Part shown: positions 62,186 through 64,000 of the stretch, in pieces
Numbering within the stretch: position 1 is the stretch's first letter
Layout: every line of letters starts with the position of its first letter
NCBI GenBank assembly: GCA_963719225.1
Contig: CAVRAY010000001.1
Coordinates: 3,814,253 to 3,878,252, forward strand
Length of the DNA: 64,000 nt
Origin: Thermoanaerobaculia bacterium
GTDB taxonomy: Bacteria; Acidobacteriota; Thermoanaerobaculia; UBA5066
Direction: 5' to 3'
Notes under the pieces: model-generated
What the model was told of the DNA's origin: nothing
The model's database searches: none
What the model saw: the letters and a program-made list of their open reading frames with translations, nothing else
Made by a program: the position numbers and the translations under genes

Positions 62186-62260
62186 CTTCCGATTATCCTC
62201 TCGACGCTTGCCTGCTGTCTCTTTGCAAGGCACCGCCCTCACGTACACTTCTTTACGCTC

Positions 62261-64000
62261 GTGCTCCGGCGCTTTCTGCTTCGCTCGCTCGTCCTGGCCG
62301 GGATCCTCCTGGCCTGCTTCGCGCACCTCGTCTGGAACGGCTGGCACGCGAAGAAGATCGTCGCGGAGAACTTGCCACATCCCTCGCTTTCATCCGGCAA
62401 GCGCGAGGTCGACCTCCTGCATCCCACCGCGAGCTTCGGACATGTCTATGACCTATCGTTCAGGTGGCCCGAGGACAAGCCATGGAGCGTCCCGGACGGC
62501 TCGCACCTCCAGATCCAACTCGCCTCGAACGGCCGCACCCGCCTCCTCGTGGTACGGAGCGGCCACCCGAACAACGACGTCTCGTTGTGGGACGTCCTGC
62601 GAGGACGGGAGCGGCTCCAGATCGTCGCCGACCGCGAGTGGGTGGACATCGGCCCCTTCCCCACATCGGGCGTGCAGATCGACGTCCAGATTTACGGTGT
62701 ACTTCCAGGCCTATTCGGGTTCGCAGAGCAGAACCAGCCCGGCACCGCGCACTTTTCCGCATTCCGCATTCGGCGACCGGACTCACCGCTCGCGCGGCCT
62801 TCACGCACGATCGTCCGTTACCGGTTCCTGCTCGAAGCAGCCGGTCCCGGCAGGCGAAACGTTCGCGCGGTTCTTCTTTTTCATCTCGTGCAGCCGGGTG
62901 CTGCAGGTGACGGCAGTCGTCGCGCTCGGGCTTCTTTTCACGGGCTGGTGGTGGCTCTGGGAAAAGCGCTACGCGCGCGCGATCGCCGCGCCTCGTCCCA
63001 GCCGTCACGCTGCTCCACGTCGTGCTGCTCGCCGCCCTTCCAAGGAGCGGACGCCGTCAACTCACGTCGGAACCGTGGAAGCGGTCATGTTGAACCCGGC
63101 GCTCTTCGGCGGCCCGTGGGCTTACCCGAAGTCTCTCGCGACCGTCTACGACGCGATCGGCTACGACAGCTGCGTGCGCTATCCCGACGTTCCCGTTTCC
63201 TCTGACGACCCCCGTCTTCGGGACGCGCGCCCGCGTGGTGCTTGACGTCGCACCGCCGCTCGACGCGAGGCCCGACGAGGCGGTCTCGAAGTACCTCGAC
63301 GCCGGAGTCCTCGACGCCCGGCGCACGCGCGCCTCTCTATTACAACCTTCCGGCTCATTCGGGCCCTCTGGCTCGAACACATGAGCGTCCTCGACCGGCT
63401 CGAGGCGTACGTCGTCTCTCGGCCGTCGTCGTCGCTGTCCTTTTCTTCTGGCGGAGGGCTCTTCCTCCTCGCGCCTCCGGCCTCGGTCCCGTTCGTTCAA
63501 ATTCTCTACGGCCTCGTCGCGCTGGTCCCCTATTCCGTCGGCGTCGTCGCGAGCTGCTCGAACTACTCGCTCGCGATCGGGATCGGCCAGCTTCCTCGCG
63601 GCGTGCCTCGTCGCGCGGAGTGCTGGCGATCGCACCGCGAGTCGGCTCTTGGCCGGGCTCTTTTCGCCGCTGTCAGCCTCGTCGGAATCGGCGTTTGGGA
63701 CGACTTCGTCTTTTTCGCCGTTCCGGCCCTCGCCGTCTTGACCGTCGTCGCCTCGGGGGCCGCCTTTCGTCTTCCCGCCGGGGCGGCCCGACGATTCTCC
63801 ACGCTCGCCATGATCGTCGGCGGCGGTCTCGGAACCGGCGGCTTCGTCTTCGCGCTCGCAACGGGCCGTGTCCGGCGAGCAATCCCCAGCCTCGGCGCGC
63901 GGCTTCCGGCGGGACTCGGCCGCTTTGAGGATCCCTCGTTCTGGCTCCTCCTCGCGGCCGCCGCGGCTCCCTTCGTCACCGCCCTCGTGCTGGCTCTCGC
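62261..64000 (+). CDS. Polytopic membrane protein, multiply frameshifted, runs off the window
   Basis: N-terminal TM plus soluble domain in one frame; further hydrophobic segments (VALGLLFTGWWWLW and others) in other frames. Confidence 0.45.

Noticed and set aside
59037-62260. Integron cassette array explaining the TA stack
   Set aside because: No RYYYAAC...GTTRRRY attC-like palindromes between modules, modules alternate in strand, and there is no intI.

Overview
This is a high-GC (roughly 68-70% by eye) bacterial chromosomal segment. Gene content and style suggest Acidobacteriota, possibly Thermoanaerobaculia (inference). The housekeeping backbone is clpB-hsp20, cysK-Rrf2, a DegP-like protease, gltX-glnS, a thiolase, tRNA-Gln, pruA, mqnA-mqnC, tRNA-Leu-tig-clpP//clpX-lon-engB-rho, tRNA-Lys and uvrA. 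Accessory blocks are: a sigma54 activator with its target promoter and membrane-protein operon; a metallophosphoesterase / PLD / lipase cluster ending in a 79-bp direct repeat; a TPP-riboswitch-controlled TonB receptor-PnuC-NadR-like kinase operon; and a glycosyltransferase/gmd locus followed by four stacked toxin-antitoxin pairs. The window holds five intact and three deletion-crippled TA modules in total. The least explained signal is a dispersed AT/purine-rich motif, RRGATT(T)CTTAGAAGG, with about 9 copies. It often occurs as inverted pairs and sits even inside coding regions. A basic AT-hook-like orphan protein gene lies next to one pair. Beyond about 53 kb many genes carry single-base frameshifts that look like sequencing or assembly errors.
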